Shown in pieces: positions 46,809-56,900 of a stretch of DNA of 64,000 nt. Location: NCBI GenBank assembly GCA_023129325.1, contig JAGMCI010000012.1:37850-101849 (forward strand). Direction: 5' to 3'. The position numbers and the translations under genes were made by a program. The notes beneath the pieces are model-generated. The model was given only the letters and a program-made list of their open reading frames with translations, had not been told where the DNA came from and ran no database searches. This DNA comes from a candidate division WOR-3 bacterium. GTDB taxonomy: Bacteria; Hydrothermota; UBA3073; JACQXS01; JAGMCI01. Every line of letters begins with the position of its first letter. The stretch's first letter is position 1.

Positions 46809-49199
46809 TTAAATCCTTATTTCTATCCCGCCATAGATGATGCGACCAGTATAAGGTGCATACATAAAGGCAGCATCATCAGGGTGTTTCTCATCTTGAA
46901 CATAGTTAAACAGGTTCTTCGCACCCGCAAAGATAGTAATTCCCTGCTCAGCAAACTTTCTACCTATACGACCGTTCATCACCCAGAATGGGTCAGTATG
47001 CTTGATATAACTCTCAGGTTGTTCCACATCCTCATCCTTGCAATAATCAATATACATACTGCCAGTGTAGTCACCACTTAATGCCAGACTCCAGTTGCCA
47101 GGTGTATAACTAAGCCCAATGCCTCCAGTAATCTCAGGAACGCGAGAGATGTGTCTGCTATCCTCAGCATATTTATTCCCATGAACAGGATGGTCTATCC
47201 AGTCGTCTCGCTCCTTTTCATACTGAGCATCAGTATAAGTCAGATTAAGGTCAAGAGAAATGTCGCGCACAAGAATTGCTCGTAAACCAGCTTCTACTCC
47301 CTGGGTATATGCTTTGCCTATATTAGCCCATTCATAAGTATAACCTAATTTTGCAGATGCTTCGCTGGCGTCTGTAAAATCAATCTTATCCTTTAAATTA
47401 GTGCGGAAGATGCTAGCATTCACTGTGAACTTTTCTGCTGAATAATCTGCCCCAAAGTTAAAGCTCATAGATTTTTCCGGTTTCAAGCCTGCAGGCTTAT
47501 TAACCCTCGGTGAACCACTGCAAAGATGTAAATCCTCGCTAAACCCATAAGGAACCCTAAACCCAGTTCCAACACTGGCTCGTAAGGCAAATTCAGGAGA
47601 CATTCTATACATTAGTGCAAATCTGGGACTAAAGGCTTCTTCCTTGTAGGTGAGCGTGCACGGCTCTGCAGGAGCAACTTTTCCAGAGCCACGAAAATCG
47701 TCTTTACTGCGATGAATATCATACCTCACTCCTAATACCAACTCCAGAACTTCACTTATTATTGAAAATTCATCCTGAAGATAAACTCCGATATCATGAG
47801 CATACTTTTTGCTTTTGGCTGTGTAAGGGTCACCATAATTTGGGTCAGAAGTATCCACACTGACATACCTGCCCGATTCATTTAACTCATTGTAGGAATA
47901 CTGAACCCCTGCTAACAAACGATGCATTCCTCCAATAGGCTGGGAATAGTTCCAATCCACTACATAAAGATTCTCATCAGCAAGATAGGGCTGCATTTCA
48001 TCTACTGGAGGCACAGTATCACCATGGGTATCCATATAGTCGCCCAAAAAGCCATCATTGGTAGCATTGCGGTTGTGAGTGCAATAGTTAAGGTCAAGGG
48101 TAGTTTCATTGCCATACTGAAATTTCTTCTTGTATCCAATCCCTACCTCATAGCGAGTTGTCTTGATGTTTTCTGTAGATGCAGAAAAAGGGTTCTCCCA
48201 TGTAGCTAGCTCACCTCCCTGTCTAAGTTCATTCAAGGTTCTGCCAGAAAAAGTAAGTTTGTCATTTCCTAATACATTATACACATTTAGCCTGGTTCCA
48301 AAAGCTAAATTGTCCGTCTTGACCCTGTCTGTACAACCATCCCCATCTTCATCAATTCCATCCCCTGTGTTTTTTTGGGCATCTACTACTATATCCATAT
48401 TTCCGTATTTTCTGGAAGCAGATAGTGTATATTCATTAGTATTAGCTGTTCCAAAATTCACACTCGCATTCACCGATGGCTCTCTCCCTGGTTTTTTAGT
48501 GATAATATTAATCACTCCCCCAATAGCAGAACTGCCATAAAGAGCAGAACCAGAACCCTTGACAATCTCTATCCTGTCCATATTTCCAGATGGGACCTGT
48601 TGTGCCCCATATACACTTGCTAAACCAGAATAAATGGGCTGCCCATCAATTAATATCTGGGTATGCCCACTCCCAAGTCCCTGAACTCTCACCATAGAAA
48701 AATTGCAGTAAGAACATTGCTGTTCAATCCTTATCCCTGGAACTCCTTCCAGAGCCTCATAAAGATTGGGAACACCTCTTTCTTTGAACCTCCGTGAAGT
48801 AATAACCTCGGTACGCACAGGAGTGTTCTTTATATATCGTGGAGTCCGGGTGCCTGTAACTACTATGCCCCCCATCTCAATTACACTCTCTTGTAACTCA
48901 AAATTAAGAACCGAAATCTCACCAGCAGAAACACTTGCTTCTTTAGTAACTGGCTTATACCCCATCATTGTTGCCATAACCTTATACTTTCCAGTAGGGA
49001 TATTGACCATAAAGTATCTCCCGTCCTCGCCAGTTGCCGCTCCAAGAGTAGTTCTCTTAACAATAATGTTTACCAATGGAAGCGTCTTGCCAGTCTCCTT
49101 ATCTGTGACTCTCCCTTCAATTTTTCCAAAGCTTTCTGCCATAACAAATACTGGCAATAGGAACATTAAAACTCCCGTAAATGATACAATCCTTTTCAT
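46809..49199 (-). CDS. TonB-dependent outer-membrane receptor with an N-terminal carboxypeptidase-regulatory-like domain.
   Basis: Signal peptide MKRIVSFTGVLMFLLPVFVMA after the RBS aaggagga. Plug-domain motifs. C-terminus ends ...GGIEIRI with an aromatic-rich barrel region. Confidence 0.85.
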   Translation of the reverse strand: MKRIVSFTGVLMFLLPVFVMAESFGKIEGRVTDKETGKTLPLVNIIVKRTTLGAATGEDGRYFMVNIPTGKYKVMATMMGYKPVTKEASVSAGEISVLNFELQESVIEMGGIVVTGTRTPRYIKNTPVRTEVITSRRFKERGVPNLYEALEGVPGIRIEQQCSYCNFSMVRVQGLGSGHTQILIDGQPIYSGLASVYGAQQVPSGNMDRIEIVKGSGSALYGSSAIGGVINIITKKPGREPSVNASVNFGTANTNEYTLSASRKYGNMDIVVDAQKNTGDGIDEDGDGCTDRVKTDNLAFGTRLNVYNVLGNDKLTFSGRTLNELRQGGELATWENPFSASTENIKTTRYEVGIGYKKKFQYGNETTLDLNYCTHNRNATNDGFLGDYMDTHGDTVPPVDEMQPYLADENLYVVDWNYSQPIGGMHRLLAGVQYSYNELNESGRYVSVDTSDPNYGDPYTAKSKKYAHDIGVYLQDEFSIISEVLELVLGVRYDIHRSKDDFRGSGKVAPAEPCTLTYKEEAFSPRFALMYRMSPEFALRASVGTGFRVPYGFSEDLHLCSGSPRVNKPAGLKPEKSMSFNFGADYSAEKFTVNASIFRTNLKDKIDFTDASEASAKLGYTYEWANIGKAYTQGVEAGLRAILVRDISLDLNLTYTDAQYEKERDDWIDHPVHGNKYAEDSRHISRVPEITGGIGLSYTPGNWSLALSGDYTGSMYIDYCKDEDVEQPESYIKHTDPFWVMNGRIGRKFAEQGITIFAGAKNLFNYVQDEKHPDDAAFMYAPYTGRIIYGGIEIRI

Positions 49200-49480
49200 C
49201 TTAAATCCTCCTTTTCCGATGTTCTTTCCACCACAGGTGGAATTAGAACATCGAGAATCCCGCCTGCCCCGATTCAATCGGGGATTTATCGGGATGAAAC
49301 TCCTTCTAAACCCACTCTCGCAAGGTCAAACTCTCAAAAGATTTCCTTCTTGCCTTGCCAGGGAAGAAAATCCGTAACTTGCGTTTTTTCTGCTTTATTC
49401 CATAAGTATCACCTCCTTTTATTGGTTATCCTATCTTTGATAGGTAAGCCTATCTTAAGAATAAAAAAATTTAACACTTT

Positions 49481-49939
49481 TTATTTTTCCTTATGTTCTG
49501 GGTGCTTGCCTGTTTTCACAAAGTAATGAAAGCGTGAAATCCAGGGAAAGTCTTCTTTGGGACAAGTTTCAATGAATTTTATGAGTTTTATGAGTTTATT
49601 CATTGTCTTTTTGCTAATATGATGTTCAATCTGGCAAGCATCTCTCACTGCTGTATCAGAGTCTACGCCGAGTATTTTATGAAAAAATTTGGAAAGCGCC
49701 TTATGTTTGTCATATATTTCTTTTGCTTTTTTGATACCTTCTTTTGTGAGTTCAATGTAGCCATATTTTTCATGCACAACTAAACCTTTATCTGAAAGAG
49801 TCTTTAATGCTTCTATCACTGATGGCGTTTTGACTTTTAAGAATTTCGCAATATCTTTTACCCTGGCTACTTTCTCAGTGAGACTTGTTACAAAAATTGC
49901 CTCTAAATAATCCTCAAGACTTGGTGTTAAAGTATTCAT
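49481..49939 (-). CDS. DtxR/MntR-family metal-dependent transcriptional repressor.
   Basis: N-terminal wHTH (EDYLEAIF...KDIAKFLKVKTPSVIEAL) and a C-terminal metal-binding/dimerisation region. Confidence 0.8.
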   Translation of the reverse strand: MNTLTPSLEDYLEAIFVTSLTEKVARVKDIAKFLKVKTPSVIEALKTLSDKGLVVHEKYGYIELTKEGIKKAKEIYDKHKALSKFFHKILGVDSDTAVRDACQIEHHISKKTMNKLIKLIKFIETCPKEDFPWISRFHYFVKTGKHPEHKEK

Positions 49940-51642
49940 ATCAAGATAAGATTTAATAATCCTCCAACTACAAGGGCTGATGCAATCATAATTAAAGCAG
50001 ATTTTAACATATCTATAAATCCTAATTCCCTTGCCATCATAGTAAATGTAGCTACACAGGGAAAATACATTGCCAATACAACCGAAGCTATTATGAGTTG
50101 CTTTAAAGTTAATCCCAATGGAACCAGCATCCCAATTGCCACATCTTTACGCAAAAAGCCAACTATAAGTGCTCCTACAGCTGGTCTTGGCAAGCCAAGA
50201 ACTCCTGTAATTACCGGAGCTGTAAATCTTCCAATAAAATCAATTATTCTTAAGGTATATAAAATATTTACAATAAAAACTCCTACAAGCACCCAGGGAA
50301 CAGCTTCTTTAATGAACCATTTTACTCTCATCCAGACCTTTTTAAAAAGACCCTTAAAATAAGGAATCCTATAAGGTGGTATCTCAGTGAATATTTCTGG
50401 ACTCTCTCCTCTGACAGTCTTATTGAGTATAAATCCTAATACTATCCATACTAAAAACAAAGTGCCAAAAATTGTCCCCAGTCCCTTTGCACCATATTTT
50501 CCAGCAAGTCCAACAATCATTGCAATTTGAGCCATACAGGGAACTGCAATTGCCATTAAAGTAGCCGCAATAAATCTTTCGCGCCTTGTTTCCATAATCC
50601 TTGTAGATAAAGCTCCTGGAACATTGCACCCAAGACCAAGCATCATTGGAACTATCGCTAATCCGTGTAAACCCAATTTGTGCATCAAAGCATCTACTAA
50701 GATAGCTAATCTTGGAAGATAACCTGAATCTTCTAAAAACGATAAAACTAAATAAAATGCAAATATATAAGGTAAAACCATAGCAAGTGGGACGAATAAT
50801 CCAGTAGTCAGAAGTCCAAGAGATTCAACAAAATCTATTTCACCTCCTATTAGTTTGCCAATTAATATATTATGAATGAATCCTTGAGACCCCAGGAGCC
50901 CAGAAAGTTTAAGCATCAAAGGAGCCCACAATCTTTCAAAAATGGGTTCAAATAAATAACCTATGAGTCCTTCACCAATAAATCTTATAATCTTAAAAGT
51001 AGCAAAAAGTATAATGAGAGCTATTGGGATTCCAGTAAATGGTGTTACAGATGCATCCGCAAGCCTTTCTAAAAAAGTATGATGCCGATGAGTTATGAGT
51101 TGAACTTTCTCTGTAATCCTGCCAACATCATGCCATTGCTCACCAGGTTCAGATTTGTATGTCCCAGGCACGGCTTCAAGTAACTCATTTACAAGTTCCT
51201 TAATTCCTTCACCAGTAAGTGCAACTGTTGGAATGACTGGAACCTGCAGTAATTTTTTTAATTTTTTATAATCAATCTTTATGCCCTTATGATGCGCCTC
51301 ATCCCATAGATTAAGGGCTACTATCATTGGTTTTTTAGTTCCAAGAAGCTGTAAAGTTAAGTATAAATTGCGTTCAAGATTGGTAGCATCCACTACATTA
51401 ATAATGATGTCCCCCTCTTCAATCATTTCACAAGCTACCTCTTCTGCTTTATTTGTTGGCTTTAAGGTATAAGCACCGGGGACATCAATAACTTCTACGC
51501 TTTCACCTTTAAGTCTCATCTTCCCTTTTTTATACTCAACTGTTGTCCCGGGATAATTTGAAACAATCACAGCAACACCAGTAAGCCTTGAAAAGATAAC
51601 TGACTTCCCAACATTCGGATTCCCCATCAATAAAATCTTCAT
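49936..51642 (-). CDS. feoB: Ferrous iron transport protein B.
   Basis: G-domain MKILLMGNPNVGKS, followed by the gate and TM regions typical of FeoB. Confidence 0.9.
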   Translation of the reverse strand: MKILLMGNPNVGKSVIFSRLTGVAVIVSNYPGTTVEYKKGKMRLKGESVEVIDVPGAYTLKPTNKAEEVACEMIEEGDIIINVVDATNLERNLYLTLQLLGTKKPMIVALNLWDEAHHKGIKIDYKKLKKLLQVPVIPTVALTGEGIKELVNELLEAVPGTYKSEPGEQWHDVGRITEKVQLITHRHHTFLERLADASVTPFTGIPIALIILFATFKIIRFIGEGLIGYLFEPIFERLWAPLMLKLSGLLGSQGFIHNILIGKLIGGEIDFVESLGLLTTGLFVPLAMVLPYIFAFYLVLSFLEDSGYLPRLAILVDALMHKLGLHGLAIVPMMLGLGCNVPGALSTRIMETRRERFIAATLMAIAVPCMAQIAMIVGLAGKYGAKGLGTIFGTLFLVWIVLGFILNKTVRGESPEIFTEIPPYRIPYFKGLFKKVWMRVKWFIKEAVPWVLVGVFIVNILYTLRIIDFIGRFTAPVITGVLGLPRPAVGALIVGFLRKDVAIGMLVPLGLTLKQLIIASVVLAMYFPCVATFTMMARELGFIDMLKSALIMIASALVVGGLLNLILI

Positions 51643-51734
51643 TGCAAAATATAAAATTAGCAATGCAAAATTAACAATTCTTTGTTTAAGCCAACAAGTT
51701 TATACTTCATTTTGAATTGCTAATTGCTAATTTT

Positions 51735-51974
51735 TCAATTTTCATTTATTTTTACTATTATTCTTCGAGCCATGCCACGCCCAAGAGCTACTTGAGTTCT
51801 GCCGACCTGAATCACTACAGGGCCACCCATAAGCTGTGAACTCATCTTCTTTATAATCACGCCTTCCCTTACCCCAAGAGCCTCGAGTTTCCTCCTTAAA
51901 CCAAACCCACCGCCAATTTCCACAACCCTGCCGCTCTCTCCAACCTTTAATTCCATTAAAGATAAATTCTTCAT
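51735..51974 (-). CDS. feoA: Ferrous iron transport protein A.
   Basis: 79-aa SH3-like FeoA (…LKVGESGRVVEI…LGVREGVIIKK…). Confidence 0.8.
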   Translation of the reverse strand: MKNLSLMELKVGESGRVVEIGGGFGLRRKLEALGVREGVIIKKMSSQLMGGPVVIQVGRTQVALGRGMARRIIVKINEN

Positions 51975-51976
51975 AT

Positions 51977-52015
51977 AAGTTAGATTAACCTATTACTGTT
52001 AGGTATTCCTAACTT
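51977..52015 (-). promoter_or_regulatory. Palindromic putative DtxR/MntR-type operator in the feoA promoter region.
   Basis: AAGTTAGATTAACCTATTACTGTTAGGTATTCCTAACTT contains TTAGGtattCCTAA and an outer AAGTTAG/CTAACTT inverted repeat. It resembles the TTAGGTTAGCCTAACCTAA DtxR-box class. Confidence 0.45.
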
Positions 52016-52265
52016 ATACTATTTAATTTATAAATGTCAAGAAAAAACGCTTTTGGGTGCAAGATTTTGTTTATTTTAAGAAATGTTATATCCTATAAGT
52101 ATAGATATATCAATATCTTGTATCTCAAAGGAGGGTATTATAAATTTTGTTTTATGTGCTATGAAAGTATAAACTCTCCAGACTTGACCCCATTCATGGA
52201 ACCTGCTCTGGTTGATACTCTGTTGTTGTTTTTGTAGAAAACTTTTTAAAAAAACTTGACAAACT

Positions 52266-52296
52266 ACTTTTTTTAAATTATATAAATACTGTAAAT
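52266..52296 (+). promoter_or_regulatory. Sigma70-type promoter (TTGACA-17-TATATA/TATAAA) upstream of the beta-propeller T9SS gene.
   Basis: aaaaaaacTTGACAaactactttttttaaatTATATAAAT. Confidence 0.45.
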
Positions 52297-52336
52297 TTAT
52301 ATAATGTTTATCTTTTTATTTTAAAATGGAGGCGTT

Positions 52337-53860
52337 ATGTCATACAAAGGTATTTTTGCCACATTATTTCTCTTTTTTAGCCTAACGACTCTTCTCCACG
52401 GGGATGAGGAAAAGATAGTCTTCGCGGTTAAGACTGACGAAGACAACTCTGTTATATATACTATTAACCCAAATGGAACTGGGTTGCAGGAACTATTTTC
52501 ATGGACTGGTGAGTTGGTAGATAGTATGGGTAGGATACACGGCTTAAGGATTTCGCCTGGTGGTGAATACATTGCATTCGCATCCAACCACGATAGATGG
52601 TATTCTCCTTTCGAGTGGAATGTCTTCCATATTGCTTCAGATGGTAGTTGGTGGGATATGGATACTCCAGATGCGGCCGCTGGCTGGTATAATCCACCGG
52701 GAGGTAGAGGTATAGTGCACGGTTATATTACAGGTTTTGGGTCTCCTGGCACTCATGCCTGGGTGACTATTGAAGGTTATCCAAATCTCATTACGACTAA
52801 TACCTCGGGTTACTACGAGGTATCCAATGTGCCTGAAGGGTCTCGTTTTATAACAGCATTCTCATTTGATTACGGTTGGTATGGATATACATCTGTCAAT
52901 GTCATAGCAGATATGTCAGTTGAGGCGCCAACATTTGGGACCACTGAGGATAACTGGGCTCGGATAAGTGCGGATGCACCTGCATGGTCGTCAGATGCAA
53001 ACTATATTTATTGGCAAGCACTTGACGAGTCAGTTCTGAAAACACCAAGAGGGGGAGATAGCTGGACAGAGATTTTTGAGGGTCCTCCAACTTATACTGA
53101 CCGCTCTACTATTGACATTTCGCCTGTGAATGGGAAAATAGTTTATACCTGGAGCGTTTGGGACCCCCACTCTGGCGGAGTTTATACTGCCAATCCAGAT
53201 GGTAGTGATACCACTAAAATTTTTGATGACGAGTGGGCTTATGCAAGTTCAGTATATTATCCACGCTGGTCACCAGATGGCGAGCGAATCGCTTATGTCA
53301 GCTTTCAAGACGACAACAACGCTGCTGTTGTTATTGATAAAAATGGTGCCTTTGAGACTTATTTTTATTATTCAGGTTATTATCTCCACATAGGAGGCTG
53401 GTCACCGAACAACAAATGGTTGGCAGTGGTAATTGAACCTATGGAGAGTAAAACTGACAGTGCATATATATGTCTTGTTAAGCCAGACTATTTAGACTCA
53501 TCCGTATGCATTTTGGGATTAGAAAATATAGAAATCGGTATTGACTGGGGTATCCTGAATCCACCAGGTGTAGAAGAAGAGACAGACGACAGATATCAGA
53601 TGTCAGATATCAGATTGCAGGTTTATCCCAATCCATTTATTAAGGAGACAATAATTCAATATACAATTTCAAATCAAAGTGAAGATGTTACACTCAAAAT
53701 ATTTGATGTTGCGGGCAGGATTGTTGAGAAGATAACTGTTGATGAACATACAGGAAATAGGACTTTATGCTGGAGACCTGATTTACCAACAGGCATCTAT
53801 TTCATTCACCTGGTATGCAAAGAGATAAATAAAACATTAAAAGTGATTAAGTTGCAGTGA
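52337..53860 (+). CDS. Secreted TolB-like beta-propeller (PD40 repeats) protein with T9SS C-terminal sorting domain.
   Basis: Signal peptide. PD40-like repeats (…YTINPNGTG…, …ISPGGEYIAFAS…, …WSPDGERIAYVS…). CTD VYPNPFIKETIIQY…LKIFDVAGRIVEKI…GIYFIHLV. Promoter at 52266-52296. Confidence 0.6.
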   Translation: MSYKGIFATLFLFFSLTTLLHGDEEKIVFAVKTDEDNSVIYTINPNGTGLQELFSWTGELVDSMGRIHGLRISPGGEYIAFASNHDRWYSPFEWNVFHIASDGSWWDMDTPDAAAGWYNPPGGRGIVHGYITGFGSPGTHAWVTIEGYPNLITTNTSGYYEVSNVPEGSRFITAFSFDYGWYGYTSVNVIADMSVEAPTFGTTEDNWARISADAPAWSSDANYIYWQALDESVLKTPRGGDSWTEIFEGPPTYTDRSTIDISPVNGKIVYTWSVWDPHSGGVYTANPDGSDTTKIFDDEWAYASSVYYPRWSPDGERIAYVSFQDDNNAAVVIDKNGAFETYFYYSGYYLHIGGWSPNNKWLAVVIEPMESKTDSAYICLVKPDYLDSSVCILGLENIEIGIDWGILNPPGVEEETDDRYQMSDIRLQVYPNPFIKETIIQYTISNQSEDVTLKIFDVAGRIVEKITVDEHTGNRTLCWRPDLPTGIYFIHLVCKEINKTLKVIKLQ

Positions 53861-53953
53861 TTTAAACAACTAAACTTAAGTGTAAAATACTTATTGCCAA
53901 GCACTGTGGAAATCCAGAGTTGACAGTGTTTGGGGATAAGAAAGGAGGTTGAG

Positions 53954-56900
53954 ATGAGGAGGTTATTTTTGTTTATTGGAGTAGTTTCTTTTATAGGGAG
54001 TTCACTTTTATCGGCATTACCTATCGGTGTGATGGGCAAGCGCAATATGAAGACAGTAAAGAAGCTATCTATAGGGAAAGGTGGAATTATTGATTTAGAA
54101 GGTAAGGATATTATTTTAGGTCCAGAGAGTTTTGAGACTGCCGTGCCACCTACAGGATGGAGTCAGTTTTCATTTCCCTGGAACCGGTCATCTAACGAGT
54201 GGTTTAAAGTTGAAGACTCAGGCCATCAAGGCAGTTATGTTGCATGGATAGACTATGACGGAAGCTATGTTCAGGACCAACTGCTACAGACTCCGGCATT
54301 AAACTTCTCGAGTTATACCGGGTGCACACTTACATTCTATGCCTGGCAAGATAGCTGGTATGATGATTATCTCTGTATTGGTGTTGCAACTCAGGGTGGT
54401 GGAGCAGATGATCCAACTTGGACCGGTTTAGGATATCTTTATCAGAGTGGCTCCAACTGGGGTGGATGGTCGATAGACCTCTCTGTATATGATGGTCAGT
54501 CTAATGTAGTGATTGGGTTTGAGTATTACACTGACACACCAGACCAAAACAGCATAGGCATAGATTATGTAACTGTCACTGCGGCTGGTGGCGGTGGGCA
54601 GCCAAATCTCAAACCATACACACCCACTGGTTGGAGTGGTCCATTAGTTTGTTCTGTGAATAATGATACAATCTCTGAAGATACACTATATGCGGGTCAG
54701 GCTTATTATTTAAGTTTTGCAGTCAAGAATGATGGCGCGGCAGATATAACTGATACATTCGCTGTCTACATTACAAAAAATGATACTCCATATTTGGGTT
54801 GGAATATTCCGAGCTTGGTTCAAAATGGGGTGGTCAGGGGGATATGTATTCCCGATACTATATTTACTCCAGGAGAGTATAGTATGAAAGTCGTTGCCGA
54901 TGCTCTTAATAATATAACTGAATCAGACGAGACTGATAATGTATGGGGCAAGATTTTTTACTGGAAGACCGGCGGAACCCCTGATATCGCAGTTACTCCT
55001 GAGTCCTTGTACTATTACTACGAAACTTCTGAAAAGGTCAAAAAAGTTAGTGGCTACTGGGATGCAAGTGAGGTGTGTGTTACTGTGGACATACCAAATT
55101 TTACAGCAGAAGAAGCAGAAGACGGAACTCAAAGGATTAATATCCCTGGATTTGGGCACCTAAGTAGAGGTGGTGTTCCATATTTACCAGCAAAAGTATT
55201 TACCCTCGCCATACCACCTGGTGCAGTTGTAACATCCGTTGATGTAAAAGGAGCAATGTCTCTCCTGCCTGGCACTTATAACATTATGTCTGCACCACCA
55301 CTCCTTCCAATGAGCAACCGTTCTAAATTGACACACCAAATAATGGAACGATATGCAGAAACTAAAGAAAAAGTATATTCTGCTGATACGTTTTTCCCAG
55401 AAGTGCTTGGTAAATTTGACGGCACAGGTGGGCTACGGAAATACAACTTGGTGGATGTGAGTGTTTGCCCGTTTTCTTACAATCCGGTTGCAGGAGAATT
55501 ACGCTTTACAAGTTCCATTACAATTGATGTTTACTACACTTTAGATGATGACAAATTACAAGAAGCAAAAAAACTTGAGAGCGATAATTTGTTTGAAGGC
55601 GAAGCAAGTGAAATTATCTATAATTACGAAATGGCAAAGGAATGGTATAGTAATAATAAGAGCACCAAATCCCTTTACGATTATGTGATAATAACTACCT
55701 CAGCTTGTAGTAGTGCTGTTTCCAGTTTGGTTGATTGGAAGACCTCGCTGGGCTACAATGTGAAGATTGTTACCAAGTCAGAGATAAATAGCGGCTCCGG
55801 GATTGATTTCCAGCAGAAACTCAGAAACTTTTTGCGAGATAAGTATCCTCAAGGTCAATGGGGGATAGAGTATGTGCTCATTGTGGGTGAAGACGCTGAT
55901 ATTCCAATGAGGAGATGTGTTCCCTGGAATGATGACCCAGATAGTCCCTGGAATGATACACTTTTATCTCCTGTCCCAACAGACCTATATTATGCCGAAC
56001 TAACGGCTACTGATAATACTTCCTGGAACAAGGATGGAGATGATTATTATGGTGAAGCTGGCGATGGCTCTGGGGGGGCTGGTGATGACTCACCTGATTA
56101 CCATGCAGATGTCCACCTTGGGAGAATTCCCTGGAGTGATAATTCAAAAATCTCACATATCTGCCAGAAAATAGTTGCTTTTGAACAGAATACTGATATT
56201 TCCTACAAGAAGGCATCCTTACTTGGTGGTGCTATGTCTAACTACTACAACGAGAATGGGCAAGGAGCAGACAGGACTGATGGAGCCGAATTAATGGAAG
56301 ATTTGATGAATGATGGGATAATAGATAGCACAAAAGCAGTTACAGAATATGAGAAAGCCGGTGTAAACCCCTCTACTTATTCTTGTGATTATCCTATCAC
56401 TCAAACCAATCTTATAAATCAATGGCAGAACAAAGGTATATTCAATGAATGGGCTCATGGTTGGCTGGATTCCTTTGCAAGAAAAGTATGGGTAGAGGAT
56501 ACGAATGAGGATAATATTCCTCAAGATAATGAGATGGCGTGGTATAATGGGCTTAAATCGACTGACGCCCCAAGTCTGGACGATAACTATCCTGCAATTG
56601 GCTTTCTGTGTTCTTGCCTTTGCAGTTATCCAGAATATACCAATAATCTGGGAGCCGCTCTTCTCTATCAAGGTTCTGCAGGTATTGTATCGTCCACCCG
56701 TGAAAGTCTTTATCGGCCTGGCTGGAGTTCAGCAGCTGACGGAGGCAATGCAAGTGTAGATTACTACTTTTTTAAGAAATTACTCTCAGATACCAACAGC
56801 ACGCATGGAAGAGTTGGAGATGCTTTAGATGCAGCAAGAAATGAGTATGCAGGGCTTGATGTATGGGATTGGCCCTCTCGTTATGTAAATATATACGGCT

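Noticed and set aside
47922-49377. Several 95-203-aa plus-strand ORFs
   Set aside because: All lie antisense inside the TonB-dependent receptor gene. Serine/proline-rich translations. No starts with RBS.
49200-49480. Possible cobalamin riboswitch upstream of the TonB-dependent receptor
   Set aside because: I could not find a convincing B12 box or the conserved GCCACTG core in the minus-strand leader. The GC-rich part looks like another copy of the dispersed palindromic elements. Kept only as a possible structured leader in the findings.
52034-52237. 67-aa ORF in the feoA / beta-propeller intergenic region
   Set aside because: It sits in a promoter/operator-rich AT-rich spacer. No RBS. Composition is atypical for coding sequence.
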